Origin: Acidimicrobiales bacterium
GTDB lineage: Bacteria > Actinomycetota > Acidimicrobiia > Acidimicrobiales > Bin134
Length of the DNA: 64,000 nt
NCBI GenBank assembly: GCA_965208785.1
Contig: OZ242356.1
Location: 114,202-178,201, forward strand
Direction: 5' to 3'
This document shows positions 8,980-17,921 of the stretch, in pieces (position 1 is the stretch's first letter; each line of letters starts with the position of its first letter). Both the position numbers and the translations under genes were made by a program. The notes under the pieces were generated by a model. The model saw only the letters and a program-made list of their open reading frames with translations. It ran no database searches and was not told the DNA's origin.

Positions 8980-10035
8980 ATGACTCAGCGGGTTGACGTC
9001 GACGGCGGAGTCGACGAGGTAGAGGCCTATCTGCGAGAGCGGGGCATGACCGACGGCTTGCCGATCGTGCCCCCCACCCCCGAGCGGGTGGCCGCCGCGG
9101 TGGCCGCCTCCGGGCTGTCGGCCGACCAGGTGGTGAGCGATGTCCCCCCGCTGAATGCCCCGGCCACCGTGGAGAAGATCGCAGTCAATGCGGTGATGGC
9201 CGGGTGCTCACCCGACGTGATGCCGGTGCTCATCGCCGCCATCGACGCCTTCTGCGACCCCCAGATGAACGCCCACGGCGTTCAGACCACCACCAACCCG
9301 GTGGGGCCGATGCTGGTGGTGAACGGCCCGATCCGCAACCGGCTGGGCTTCAACTACGGGGCGGGGTGCTTCGGGCCGGGATCGCACGCAAACGCCACTG
9401 TGGGGCGGGCTCTTCGACTGGCCCTGGTGAACATCGGCGGGGCCATCCCCGGAGATGTGGACAAGGCGCCGCTGGGCTGGCCGGGCAAGGCCACCTCGCT
9501 GTGCGTGGCCGAGAACGAGGAGGCCTCCCCGTGGCCGCCCTACCACACCGAGGCCGGGTTCGACGCCGACGATGATGTGGTGACGGTGCTGGCCGTGAAC
9601 GGGATGTGGCCCATCACCGACATGCACCACGAGGCCGACCAGGTGCTGCACCACGTGGCTCGGGGGCTGGCCATCAGCGGGCCGTGCGGGGGCCACGACG
9701 CCCCCAACCCCTTTCCGACCGTGCTGGTGATGAGCCCGGTGATCGCCGAGATGGTGGCCGGCGTGCTGCCCACCAAGCAGGAACTGCGGGAGCATCTCTT
9801 CGCCGAAGCCCGGGTGCCGCTCGACTTTTACCCCCCGTACCGGCACCAGCCCACCCGAGACGTGCTCGAAGGGCTCGGCGTGGCCATTGAGAACGACCGG
9901 GTGCCCATCGTGCTCTCCCCCGACCACTTCGTGATCCTGGTGGCCGGGGGCGCGGGCGGGCTTCAGTCGGCAGGGCTGTCGTGCATGCTGGGCATGCCCG
10001 CGAGCCGGGCTGTCGCGACCGGCTCGGCGGCTTAG
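8980..10035 (+). CDS. conserved hypothetical protein (selenoprotein operon partner)
   Basis: Begins MTQRVDVDGGVDEVEAYLRERGMTDGLPIVPPTPERV. ATG 8980 is in frame with ORF 8878..10035 and lies 40 nt after the selenoprotein stop. Family not recognised. Confidence 0.75.
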   Translation: MTQRVDVDGGVDEVEAYLRERGMTDGLPIVPPTPERVAAAVAASGLSADQVVSDVPPLNAPATVEKIAVNAVMAGCSPDVMPVLIAAIDAFCDPQMNAHGVQTTTNPVGPMLVVNGPIRNRLGFNYGAGCFGPGSHANATVGRALRLALVNIGGAIPGDVDKAPLGWPGKATSLCVAENEEASPWPPYHTEAGFDADDDVVTVLAVNGMWPITDMHHEADQVLHHVARGLAISGPCGGHDAPNPFPTVLVMSPVIAEMVAGVLPTKQELREHLFAEARVPLDFYPPYRHQPTRDVLEGLGVAIENDRVPIVLSPDHFVILVAGGAGGLQSAGLSCMLGMPASRAVATGSAA

Positions 10036-10045
10036 CTGAAAGGAG

Positions 10046-10318
10046 CTAGTGGGCCTCGAGGCCGAGTTGCTCGAATATCTCGGCCCGGCGCTCCTCGTAG
10101 GTCTCCTCGTCCATTCCCCCAGACTGGTACTTCTCGCTCAGCAGGCGGAAATCCTCGTAAAGCTCGGCTTCTGACTTTCCGTTTGAGGAAGGCACCTCTA
10201 CTTCTTCCTCGAAGGGAACCTCAAGCTTGCCGTGACGGCGGGCCTGCTTGGCCGCAGCCCGCTCGCGCTTGTTCTTCTCCCGCTGTCGCTTCTGAAAGCT
10301 CTCTGATCCTCGACCCAT
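10046..10318 (-). CDS. small hypothetical protein (basic N-terminus, acidic SHOCT-like C-terminus)
   Basis: 90-aa ORF: KRQREKNKRERAAAKQARR, then ...LLSEKYQSGGMDEETYEERRAEIFEQLGL. Confidence 0.55.
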   Translation of the reverse strand: MGRGSESFQKRQREKNKRERAAAKQARRHGKLEVPFEEEVEVPSSNGKSEAELYEDFRLLSEKYQSGGMDEETYEERRAEIFEQLGLEAH

Positions 10319-10769
10319 GGCAATTCCTAGTCAAATGTTGTGTGCGCAGAAATGCCATTGTACGCCCTCCCCAGAGCCTCTTGGCACATTGCCAACCGGT
10401 GGCTGCAAGCGGTTGAGCGCTTAGCCGACCGCAGGCGCCGGGGGCCGGGCACCACTGCGTTGACACCTTTAAAGAGGGAGCACCCCAGGTCGCCTCTTGA
10501 CCAACTCGCTTCTTGATTCCCGAAACTACGCTTTCCCACTTCTCATTTAGGGGTGCTGCACCGCGCTCATGAGCGAAGATCAAGACATCCTCAACAAGCA
10601 CTCGACCTGAGGGGATGTGCATTCCGCCCTTGTCCCGGCCAGTGCCCGAAAGACGGGGATGGATATGCGGATACCAGACTTTCGAACCGTCATCCGGGTG
10701 CCAATGGAACTCAACAGCCAATTCTCCGTAACCCTGAAAGACGGCCGGGGCCAGTTCTCCGGCGTTCAC
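10221..10769 (-). CDS. hypothetical ORF, possibly decayed
   Basis: Only the first ~95 codons look protein-like (EFHWHPDDGSKVWYPHIHP...VLVEDVLIFAHERG). The 3' part overlaps gene 10046..10318 and reads like non-coding sequence. Lies in a low-GC patch. Confidence 0.35.
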   Translation of the reverse strand: MNAGELAPAVFQGYGELAVEFHWHPDDGSKVWYPHIHPRLSGTGRDKGGMHIPSGRVLVEDVLIFAHERGAAPLNEKWESVVSGIKKRVGQEATWGAPSLKVSTQWCPAPGACGRLSAQPLAATGWQCAKRLWGGRTMAFLRTQHLTRNCHGSRIRELSEATAGEEQARAGCGQAGPPSRQA

Positions 10770-10908
10770 AATTGCCCCCGCTCACCCGCCGATGTGCCCG
10801 ACACCGACGATGCCCGCCTCGTCGTGCTGGACCCGACCTCGCCCCCCGAAAACGCCGCCACCCTTGAAATTCTACGACAGCGCATTTGAAATCTAGGTCA
10901 GGCACCGC

Positions 10909-11859
10909 TCAGTCCGAGTAGTTGACTCCCGGCAGCACGCACAGCATTTCGAACAGCAGGTTGGCGGCGCCAACGGCGGTGGCGCCGGTGGGGTCGTAGA
11001 TGGGGGCTACCTCCACCAGGTCGCAGCCGACCAGGTCGAGGCCCCGGCAGCCTCGGATGATCTCGAGGGCCTGGGGCGCGGTGAGGCCGGCGATCTCGGG
11101 GGTGCCGGTGCCGGGGGCGAACGCCGGGTCGAGGGCGTCGATGTCGAAGCTCATGTACACCGGTCCGCCGCCCACCTTCTCGCGCACCTCGGCCATGAGC
11201 GGTTCCAGCGAGCGGTTCCAGCACTCCTCCACCTGCACCACCCGGAAGCCCTGCTCGCGCGACCAGTCGAAGTCGTCGGCGGCATAGCCGGTGCCCCGCA
11301 CGCCGATCTGGGCCACCCGGTGGGTGTCGAGCAGCCCCTCTTCCACGGCTCGGCGAAACGGGGTGCCGTGGGCGATGGCCTCGCCGAACATGTGCTCGTT
11401 GATGTCGGTGTGGGCGTCCACGTGGACAACCCCCAGCGGCCCGTGCTTGCGCCGCATGGCCCGCATGATGGGCAGGGCGATGGTGTGATCGCCCCCCATC
11501 GTCACCGCGATCACGTCGTGGCCGAGGAGCTCGTCGTAGAAGGCCTCGATGCGGGCCACCGCGTCGGCCAGGTTGTAGGGGTTGGTGGCCACGTCGCCGA
11601 TGTCGTCGATGCGAAGGCTGTCGAACGGCGCCGCTCTCGTGGCCATGTTGTAGGGACGGATCAGCACCGACTCGTTGCGGATGCCCCTCGGGCCGAAGCG
11701 GGCCCCCGGCCGGTTGGACGTGCCGATGTCGATCGGCACGCCCACGACGGCGACATCGAGATCGGCCGCCGCCGACCGGCCGGGAAGCCGCATGAAGGTG
11801 GCGATGCCCGCGAAGCGGGGCATCTGATTGCCCCCGAGGGGTTGAGGCATGTCTGCCAC
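10909..11859 (-). CDS. speB: agmatinase (arginase/ureohydrolase family)
   Basis: Motifs GGDHT, VHVDAHTD and SFDIDALDP. Confidence 0.9.
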   Translation of the reverse strand: MADMPQPLGGNQMPRFAGIATFMRLPGRSAAADLDVAVVGVPIDIGTSNRPGARFGPRGIRNESVLIRPYNMATRAAPFDSLRIDDIGDVATNPYNLADAVARIEAFYDELLGHDVIAVTMGGDHTIALPIMRAMRRKHGPLGVVHVDAHTDINEHMFGEAIAHGTPFRRAVEEGLLDTHRVAQIGVRGTGYAADDFDWSREQGFRVVQVEECWNRSLEPLMAEVREKVGGGPVYMSFDIDALDPAFAPGTGTPEIAGLTAPQALEIIRGCRGLDLVGCDLVEVAPIYDPTGATAVGAANLLFEMLCVLPGVNYSD

Positions 11860-11893
11860 CTCAGTTCCTCCGTTCCCCAGCGGACCGGAGCGC

Positions 11894-12997
11894 TTACCCC
11901 TTGGCCTCGATGAAGGCGTCGGAGAACTTCACCTCGAAGTCGCCGGTGTCCTGGATCTCCTCCAAGATCTCCACCGGGGCCACGCCAGGCGTGCTGAGGA
12001 AGTCTTGGAGGTCTTCATCGAGCCCGCCGAATGCGGCCGCGTTCGGGGTGGAGTAGTAGTTCCAGTTCGACAGAGCGGCGCCCTGCTCGGCGGTGAGCAG
12101 CCAGTTGATGAACGTGTGGGCCGTACACGGGCTGCCGGCGTCGAAGGGGATCGCCATGTTGTCGATCCAGCGGGTGCCGCCCTCGTCGGGCACGAAGTAC
12201 TCGTAGCGCGACGGGTCGTCGGTCTCCAGGAACTGGGTGAACATATCGCCCGAATAGCCGTGGGCGATCACCGTCTCGCCGGTGGTGAGGAACTCGTCGG
12301 CCGAGTCGGTGTTGAACGCCGCCAGACGGCCTCGGGCGCTGGCCACCAGATCGGTGGCCTCTTGAAGCTCGCCCTCGTCGGTGGAGTTCAGCGAGTAGCC
12401 CAGATACTTCAGCGCTGCGCCGATCGTCTCCCGAGGATCGTTGAGCAGCGAGATCGAGCCGCTGTGCTCGTCGGCGATGGCCGGATCGAAGATCAAACCC
12501 CAAGAACGGGGGAAGTCGGCGCCCAGCGCGGCGGTGTCCACCGCGATGCCGGTGGTGCCCCACTGGTAGGGAACCGAGTAGTCGCCCGCCGGGTCGTAGA
12601 TCAGGTTCCGGAAATCGCCGGAGATGTTGGCGATGTTGGGGATGGCGTCCTTGTTGAGCGGCTGTACGGTCTCGCCGGCGATGAGGATGGCCACCATGTA
12701 GTCCGACGGCACGATCAGGTCGTAGCCCGAATTGCCGGCGGCCACAATGGGCTGCATGGCCTCGTTGGAGTCGTAGACGTCCATGGTGACGCTCACACCG
12801 AACTGCTCTGAGAACGAAGTGAGCTGCTCCTCGTCGATGTACTCGGCCCAGTTGTAGATGTTGAGGTTGCCATCGGTCTCGTTCACCTCGCAGTCGGCGA
12901 TTGCACCTCCATCGCCGTCATCGTCGCCGCATGCTGCGGCTACCAGCGCAAAGGCCAGCAGCACTCCGAGCAGCCCGAACAGTCTTTTCTGTTTCAT
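11894..12997 (-). CDS. potD: spermidine/putrescine ABC transporter substrate-binding lipoprotein
   Basis: Begins MKQKRLFGLLGVLLAFALVAAACG (lipobox), followed by a PotD/PotF-like body. ATG 12997 follows an AGAGGGGA ribosome-binding site. The long upstream ORF extension is spurious. Confidence 0.9.
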   Translation of the reverse strand: MKQKRLFGLLGVLLAFALVAAACGDDDGDGGAIADCEVNETDGNLNIYNWAEYIDEEQLTSFSEQFGVSVTMDVYDSNEAMQPIVAAGNSGYDLIVPSDYMVAILIAGETVQPLNKDAIPNIANISGDFRNLIYDPAGDYSVPYQWGTTGIAVDTAALGADFPRSWGLIFDPAIADEHSGSISLLNDPRETIGAALKYLGYSLNSTDEGELQEATDLVASARGRLAAFNTDSADEFLTTGETVIAHGYSGDMFTQFLETDDPSRYEYFVPDEGGTRWIDNMAIPFDAGSPCTAHTFINWLLTAEQGAALSNWNYYSTPNAAAFGGLDEDLQDFLSTPGVAPVEILEEIQDTGDFEVKFSDAFIEAKG

Positions 12998-13908
12998 TGG
13001 TTTATCCCCTCTTTGGGTTGGGTATTGGTATTGGGTTTGGCGGACATTGCTTGCCGGGCGGCGCGCAGCGATGGGCGCCCGCCCCGGCCGCTGAACTGCT
13101 GGAAGGCCAGCGACAAGGCCACCAGGAAGACCGATGCGGCCAGCATGAGCACCGAGGTGGCGTTTATCAGGGGGGTGACGCCCCGGCGGATGAGGCCGAA
13201 CACGAACACCGGCAGGGTGGTGGCGCCCGGTCCGGCGGCGAACTGGGTGATGACCACATCGTCGAGCGACAGGGTGAGGGCCAAAAGGGCGCCGCCGGCC
13301 ACGCCGGGCACGATCTGGGGGAAGGTCACATAGCGGAACGTCTTCCACCGGGATGCGTAGAGGTCGAGGGCGGCCTCCTCCAGCACCTCGCTCATCCCCG
13401 CCAGTCGGGCCCGCACCACCACCGACACGAAGCTGATGTTGAAGGCGATGTGGCTGATGGCGATGGACCCCAGTCCCTTTTGGACATCCCAGCCGAACAC
13501 CGAGTCGAGAATTTCGAAGAACTCGGCGAAGAACAGCAGCATCATCACCGCCATGGTCACGTCGGGGATGATGATGGGGAGATAGAGCAGGGCGTCGAAC
13601 ACCTTGCGGCCCTTGAACTTGAAGCGCTCCAGGGCCAGGGCCGCCAGCGTGCCCAGCACCACGGAGATGACGGTGGACAGCAGGGCCACCCGTACCGACA
13701 CCCACACCGCGCCCTGAAGCTGGCTGTGCTCGACGAAATCCTGGTACCACTCCAACGTGAAACCGCCCCACCGGCCCACGTTGCGGTCGTCGCTGAAGGA
13801 GAACACGATCAGCACGAAGATGGGGGCGAAGAAGAACAGGTAGACCAGCCAGGAGTGGGCCGTGAGCGCGATCTTGGTGGTGCCCCGGGGCTGGACGGTG
13901 CTGCTCAC
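12994..13908 (-). CDS. potC: spermidine/putrescine ABC transporter permease
   Basis: PotC-like TM protein. GTG 13908 overlaps the potB stop (GTGA). Its stop overlaps the potD ATG (ATGA). Confidence 0.85.
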   Translation of the reverse strand: MSSTVQPRGTTKIALTAHSWLVYLFFFAPIFVLIVFSFSDDRNVGRWGGFTLEWYQDFVEHSQLQGAVWVSVRVALLSTVISVVLGTLAALALERFKFKGRKVFDALLYLPIIIPDVTMAVMMLLFFAEFFEILDSVFGWDVQKGLGSIAISHIAFNISFVSVVVRARLAGMSEVLEEAALDLYASRWKTFRYVTFPQIVPGVAGGALLALTLSLDDVVITQFAAGPGATTLPVFVFGLIRRGVTPLINATSVLMLAASVFLVALSLAFQQFSGRGGRPSLRAARQAMSAKPNTNTQPKEGINQ

Positions 13909-14816
13909 AGGTTCCGGCCCCCGGTTCGGAAGTACACCAGGGTGGCCACCAGCATCACCGTCATCAGCACGAACGACAGCGACGCCCCTACCGGCCAATT
14001 CCTCGCCGTCAGGAACTGGGTGACGATGTAGGAGCCCAGTAGGGTGGTCTTGGCCCCGCCCAGGATCTCCGGTGTCACATAGGCGCCCAGGCTGGGAACG
14101 AACACCAGGATCGACCCGGCGATCACTCCCGGCATCGACAGCGGGAGCAGAACCCGCCGAAACGTCTGGAATCCCGACGCGTACAGGTCGCGGCTGGCCT
14201 CGACCAGGCTGAGGTCGATCCGCTCGATCGACGCGTACAGGGGCAGCACCATGAACGGCAGGAATCCGTACACCAGCCCGATCACCACCGCCGAGGTGGT
14301 GAACAGCAGCTCCCGCTCTCCCAGGCCGAGGGCCTCGGAGATGTTGGTGAAGAGCCCGTCGTTGCCCAGCAGCACCCGCCACGCGTAGTTGCGGACCAGG
14401 AAGTTGGTCCAGAACGGGATCATCACGAACACCAGCATGAGGTTGCGGACCAGGGGGGTGCGGGTGGCTATGAAGTAGGCGAACGGATAGGCCACCACCA
14501 AGCAGATCAGCGTGGTGAGGACGGCCAGCCACAGCGACCGGAACAGGATGTCGCGCACGATGGGCTCGCCCAGCTTGCGGTAGGCGTCGAGGTTCCAGCC
14601 CGAGAGGTCGGTGCCGCCGAAGCGGTTCCGAGTGGCGAACGAATAGATCATCACGATCCCCAGCGGGACGGCGAAGAACAGCACCAGGTAGGCGTAGGCC
14701 GGGAGCGACAGCAGGAACCCCCGCCGGGAGGCAGCCCGCTCGGCCGCCTTCTCGAACTCGGGAGTGGCCACGGCCGCCTCCTCGATCCGTTCGGGCCGGT
14801 CGGCCACCACGGTCAT
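13905..14816 (-). CDS. potB: spermidine/putrescine ABC transporter permease
   Basis: PotB-like TM protein. ATG 14816 overlaps the potA stop (ATGA). Confidence 0.85.
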   Translation of the reverse strand: MTVVADRPERIEEAAVATPEFEKAAERAASRRGFLLSLPAYAYLVLFFAVPLGIVMIYSFATRNRFGGTDLSGWNLDAYRKLGEPIVRDILFRSLWLAVLTTLICLVVAYPFAYFIATRTPLVRNLMLVFVMIPFWTNFLVRNYAWRVLLGNDGLFTNISEALGLGERELLFTTSAVVIGLVYGFLPFMVLPLYASIERIDLSLVEASRDLYASGFQTFRRVLLPLSMPGVIAGSILVFVPSLGAYVTPEILGGAKTTLLGSYIVTQFLTARNWPVGASLSFVLMTVMLVATLVYFRTGGRNL

Positions 14817-15907
14817 GCCCGCACCACCGAGACCGCGTCGAGCGTCCACGACACCGCCACCTCTTCGCCTGCGTAGGGGCGGTAGCCGCCGGGCTGGTTC
14901 TCGCGGCGGACTTCAAGGCGCACCCAGTCGAGCACCACCGTGTACACCAGCGCGTTGCCCAGATAGGTCACGCCCTCCAAGCGGCCGACCACCGATTGGT
15001 GATCAGCGGGCACTTCGTCGGGCGGGTGCATCCCGGCCCGCTCCGGTCGCAGGCACACCGCCACCCTGGTGCCCACGGGAAGATCCGAATGGCCGGGAAT
15101 GTGGACCCCGTTGGCCAGACACACCGTGCCGTTCGACACCACCGAGGCATCGAGCAGGTTGGTTTGGCCGATGAAGTTGGCCACGAATCGGTTCACCGGG
15201 TGCTCGTAGATCTCCGCCGGAGTGCCCACCTGGAGAAGCTCGCCCTCGTTCATCACCCCGATCCGGTCGGCCATGGTGAGGGCTTCTTCTTGGTCGTGGG
15301 TGACGAACACGAAGGTGATGCCCACCTCGCGCTGAAGGGCCTTCAGCTCGCCCTGCATCTCTTGGCGCAGCTTGAGGTCGAGGGCGCCCAGCGGCTCGTC
15401 GAGCAGCAGCACCTTGGGCCGGTTGACCAGCGCACGGGCCAGCGCCACCCGCTGGCGCTGGCCCCCCGAAAGCTGTTGAGAGCGGCGCTGCTCCAAGCCC
15501 TCGAGTCGAACCAGGCTGATGGCCTCCAGCACCCGGCCGGCGATCTCATCCTTGGAAACTCGCTGCATCTTGAGCCCGAAGGCCACATTGGCCTCCACCG
15601 TCATGTGGGGGAACAGGGCGTAGTCCTGGAAAACGGTGTTGACCGGGCGCTTGTTGGGAGGCAGCGTGCCGGCCTCGTTGCCGAAGATCTTGAGGCTGCC
15701 CTCGGTGGGGAACTCCAGCCCGGCGATCATGCGCAAGGTGGTGGTCTTGCCGCAACCCGACGGCCCCAGCAGGGCGAAGAACTCGCCGTCGGCGATCTCC
15801 AGGTCTACGTTGTCCACCGCCACCACCGAGCCGAAGCGCTTGGTGATGGCCGAGAGCTCCACTGCGGCGGTCTGGTCGCTCACCGGATCATCCTCCCCGT
15901 CGCCCAT
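14813..15907 (-). CDS. potA: spermidine/putrescine ABC transporter ATP-binding protein
   Basis: Walker A GPSGCGKTT, signature LSGGQRQR, and a C-terminal TOBE-like region. Confidence 0.9.
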   Translation of the reverse strand: MGDGEDDPVSDQTAAVELSAITKRFGSVVAVDNVDLEIADGEFFALLGPSGCGKTTTLRMIAGLEFPTEGSLKIFGNEAGTLPPNKRPVNTVFQDYALFPHMTVEANVAFGLKMQRVSKDEIAGRVLEAISLVRLEGLEQRRSQQLSGGQRQRVALARALVNRPKVLLLDEPLGALDLKLRQEMQGELKALQREVGITFVFVTHDQEEALTMADRIGVMNEGELLQVGTPAEIYEHPVNRFVANFIGQTNLLDASVVSNGTVCLANGVHIPGHSDLPVGTRVAVCLRPERAGMHPPDEVPADHQSVVGRLEGVTYLGNALVYTVVLDWVRLEVRRENQPGGYRPYAGEEVAVSWTLDAVSVVRA

Positions 15908-16365
15908 CAGCCTGTGCCCCAGCTATAGGTCTGCTTGACGAGGCGCAGGTAGTTCAGCGTCTCCAAGGCAACCACTCCGGGGATGGCCCGGATGCGGCCG
16001 TTGACCACCGACATGAAAGCGTCGCTGTCGGGGCACACGATCTCGGCGATGATGTCGAACCGCCCGGCCACGATGATCACGTACTCGGCCTCATCGATCT
16101 CGCCGATGGCGTCGGCCACGCTCCGGGCGTCTTCCGACACGGTGACCCCCACCAGGGCCTGGTAGCCCAAGCCCAGCGCCACCGGATCGGTAACCGCCAC
16201 CACCTGGATGACCCCCCGCTCGATCAGCCGGTTGACCCGCTGGCGGGTGGCCGCCTGCGACAGCCCGACCAGCGGCGCGATCTGGGCGTGGGGCAGCCGG
16301 CCGTCCACTTGCAGCTCGCGGATGATGGCCTTGTCGGTCTCATCGAGGTCGAACACCGCGGTCAT
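15907..16365 (-). CDS. Lrp/AsnC family transcriptional regulator
   Basis: 152 aa with an HTH (DKAIIRELQVDGRLPHAQIAPLVGLSQAATRQRV) and a RAM-like domain. TGATG overlap with potA. Confidence 0.9.
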   Translation of the reverse strand: MTAVFDLDETDKAIIRELQVDGRLPHAQIAPLVGLSQAATRQRVNRLIERGVIQVVAVTDPVALGLGYQALVGVTVSEDARSVADAIGEIDEAEYVIIVAGRFDIIAEIVCPDSDAFMSVVNGRIRAIPGVVALETLNYLRLVKQTYSWGTG

Positions 16366-16380
16366 CGGTCCACCTGCCTC

Positions 16381-17739
16381 CTAGAACCGGGCCTGGGCCT
16401 CGGTCAGGGCGGTGCGAAGGATCTGGTTGATGCGGTCGAACTCGTCGGGACCGGCGATCAGGGGCGGCGAGAGCTGGATAACGGGCTCGCCCCGGTCGTC
16501 GGCTCGGCAGATCAGCCCCAGATCGAGGAGGCGGTTGGTGAGAAACCCCCGCAGCAGTGATTCGGCTTCCTCCTCGGTGAACGATTCTTTGGTGTCCCGA
16601 TCCTTCACCAGCTCGATCCCGTAGAAGTAGCCCATGCCCCGGACCTCCCCGACAATCGGGAGGTCGCACAGGTCGTCCAACGCGGCCCGAAAGGCGGCCT
16701 CGTTGGCCATCACATGGTCGAGAAGGTGCTCTTTCTCGAACACGTCGAGGTTGGCCATGGCCACCGCACAGCTCACCGGGTGACCGGCAAAGGTGAACCC
16801 GTGCAAAAACGACTCGTCAGTGCCCACGAACGGCTCGGCCAACCGGTCGCTGGCGATCATCGCCCCCATAGGGGCGTAACCCGACGTCAGCCCCTTGGCG
16901 CAGGTGATGATGTCGGGCACGTATTCGAGCCGCTCGGAGCCGAACATGGCGCCCAGGCGACCGAAGGCGCAGATAACCTCGTCGGACACCAGCAGTATGC
17001 CGTGGCGATCGCAGATCTCGCGCACCCGGGCGAAGTAGCCGTCGGGCGGCACAAAGCACCCGCCGGCGTTTTGCACCGGCTCCAAGAACACCGCGGCCAC
17101 CGTTTCAGGGCCGGCCCGCAGCACCGCCTGCTCGATGTCATCAGCACAGCCCAGCGTGCAGGCATCGCAGCCAGCGCACAGCCCGCAGCGGTACCTGTTG
17201 GTGTTGGCGGCATGGGAGACGCCGGGCACGAGCGGCTCGAAGGGGTCGCGCAGCGCCTTCAGCCCGGTGATCGACAGCGCTCCCATCGAAGTGCCGTGGT
17301 AGGAGAGGTCGCGGCTGACCACCTTGTTCCGCTGGGGCTGGCCGACCACCTTGAAGTACTGGCGGGCCAGCTTCCACGCCGACTCCACCGATTCCGAACC
17401 CCCGCTGGTGAAGAACACCCGGTTGAGGTCGCCGGGGGCGAACGCGGCCAGACGAGCGGCCAACTCCACCGCGCCGGGATGGGCATAGGTCCAGATCGGG
17501 AAGTAGCCGAGCTGCGATGCCTGACGCCCCGCGGCCTCGGCCAGCTCGTTGCGGCCGTGACCCACTTGGGAGACGAACAGGCCGGCCAGGCCGTCGAGGT
17601 ACTGCTTTCCGTTGGCGTCCCACACGTAGCAGCCGTCGCCTCGCTCCATGATGCGCATGCGGTCGACCGCGCTGCCGATGCTGCTGAAATGACCCCACAA
17701 ATGGCGGTCGGCCAGCGCAACCATCTCCTCGTGCTGCAT
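16381..17739 (-). CDS. class-III (omega) aminotransferase, putrescine/beta-alanine-pyruvate type
   Basis: DEVICAFGRLG motif with family-wide similarity. Start at MQHEEM (17739); the ORF allows 17772. Confidence 0.85.
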   Translation of the reverse strand: MQHEEMVALADRHLWGHFSSIGSAVDRMRIMERGDGCYVWDANGKQYLDGLAGLFVSQVGHGRNELAEAAGRQASQLGYFPIWTYAHPGAVELAARLAAFAPGDLNRVFFTSGGSESVESAWKLARQYFKVVGQPQRNKVVSRDLSYHGTSMGALSITGLKALRDPFEPLVPGVSHAANTNRYRCGLCAGCDACTLGCADDIEQAVLRAGPETVAAVFLEPVQNAGGCFVPPDGYFARVREICDRHGILLVSDEVICAFGRLGAMFGSERLEYVPDIITCAKGLTSGYAPMGAMIASDRLAEPFVGTDESFLHGFTFAGHPVSCAVAMANLDVFEKEHLLDHVMANEAAFRAALDDLCDLPIVGEVRGMGYFYGIELVKDRDTKESFTEEEAESLLRGFLTNRLLDLGLICRADDRGEPVIQLSPPLIAGPDEFDRINQILRTALTEAQARF

Positions 17740-17770
17740 CGAGGGCGCCCCCCTGCTTCGATTAGCGATC

Positions 17771-17840
17771 ACCGATTTAACACCACAAACCGGCCTTGTG
17801 CAACCAAATCGGTTGTCTCAGATAACTCGACAACCGGTTT
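17771..17840. promoter_or_regulatory. cluster of dyad symmetries in the divergent transaminase/ALDH control region
   Basis: ACCGATTT 17771-78 / AAATCGGT 17806-13. AAACCGG 17787-93 / CCGGTTT 17834-40. CACAA-N7-TTGTG 17784-17800. CAACC-N5-GGTTG 17801-17815. Confidence 0.35.
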
Positions 17841-17921
17841 TTGCTCGAACAGGGGCTTGATTGTGCGGGTTTGGTGCTGCAATATGAGCAATGCAACAAC
17901 GAGAGCGGGGGTAGCACGACC

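Noticed and set aside
11894-14916. Very long N-terminal extensions of the potD and potC ORFs (625 and 640 aa).
   Set aside because: Only the C-terminal parts match PotD and PotC. Internal starts with ATGA/GTGA coupling and a signal peptide or lipobox give normal-length proteins.
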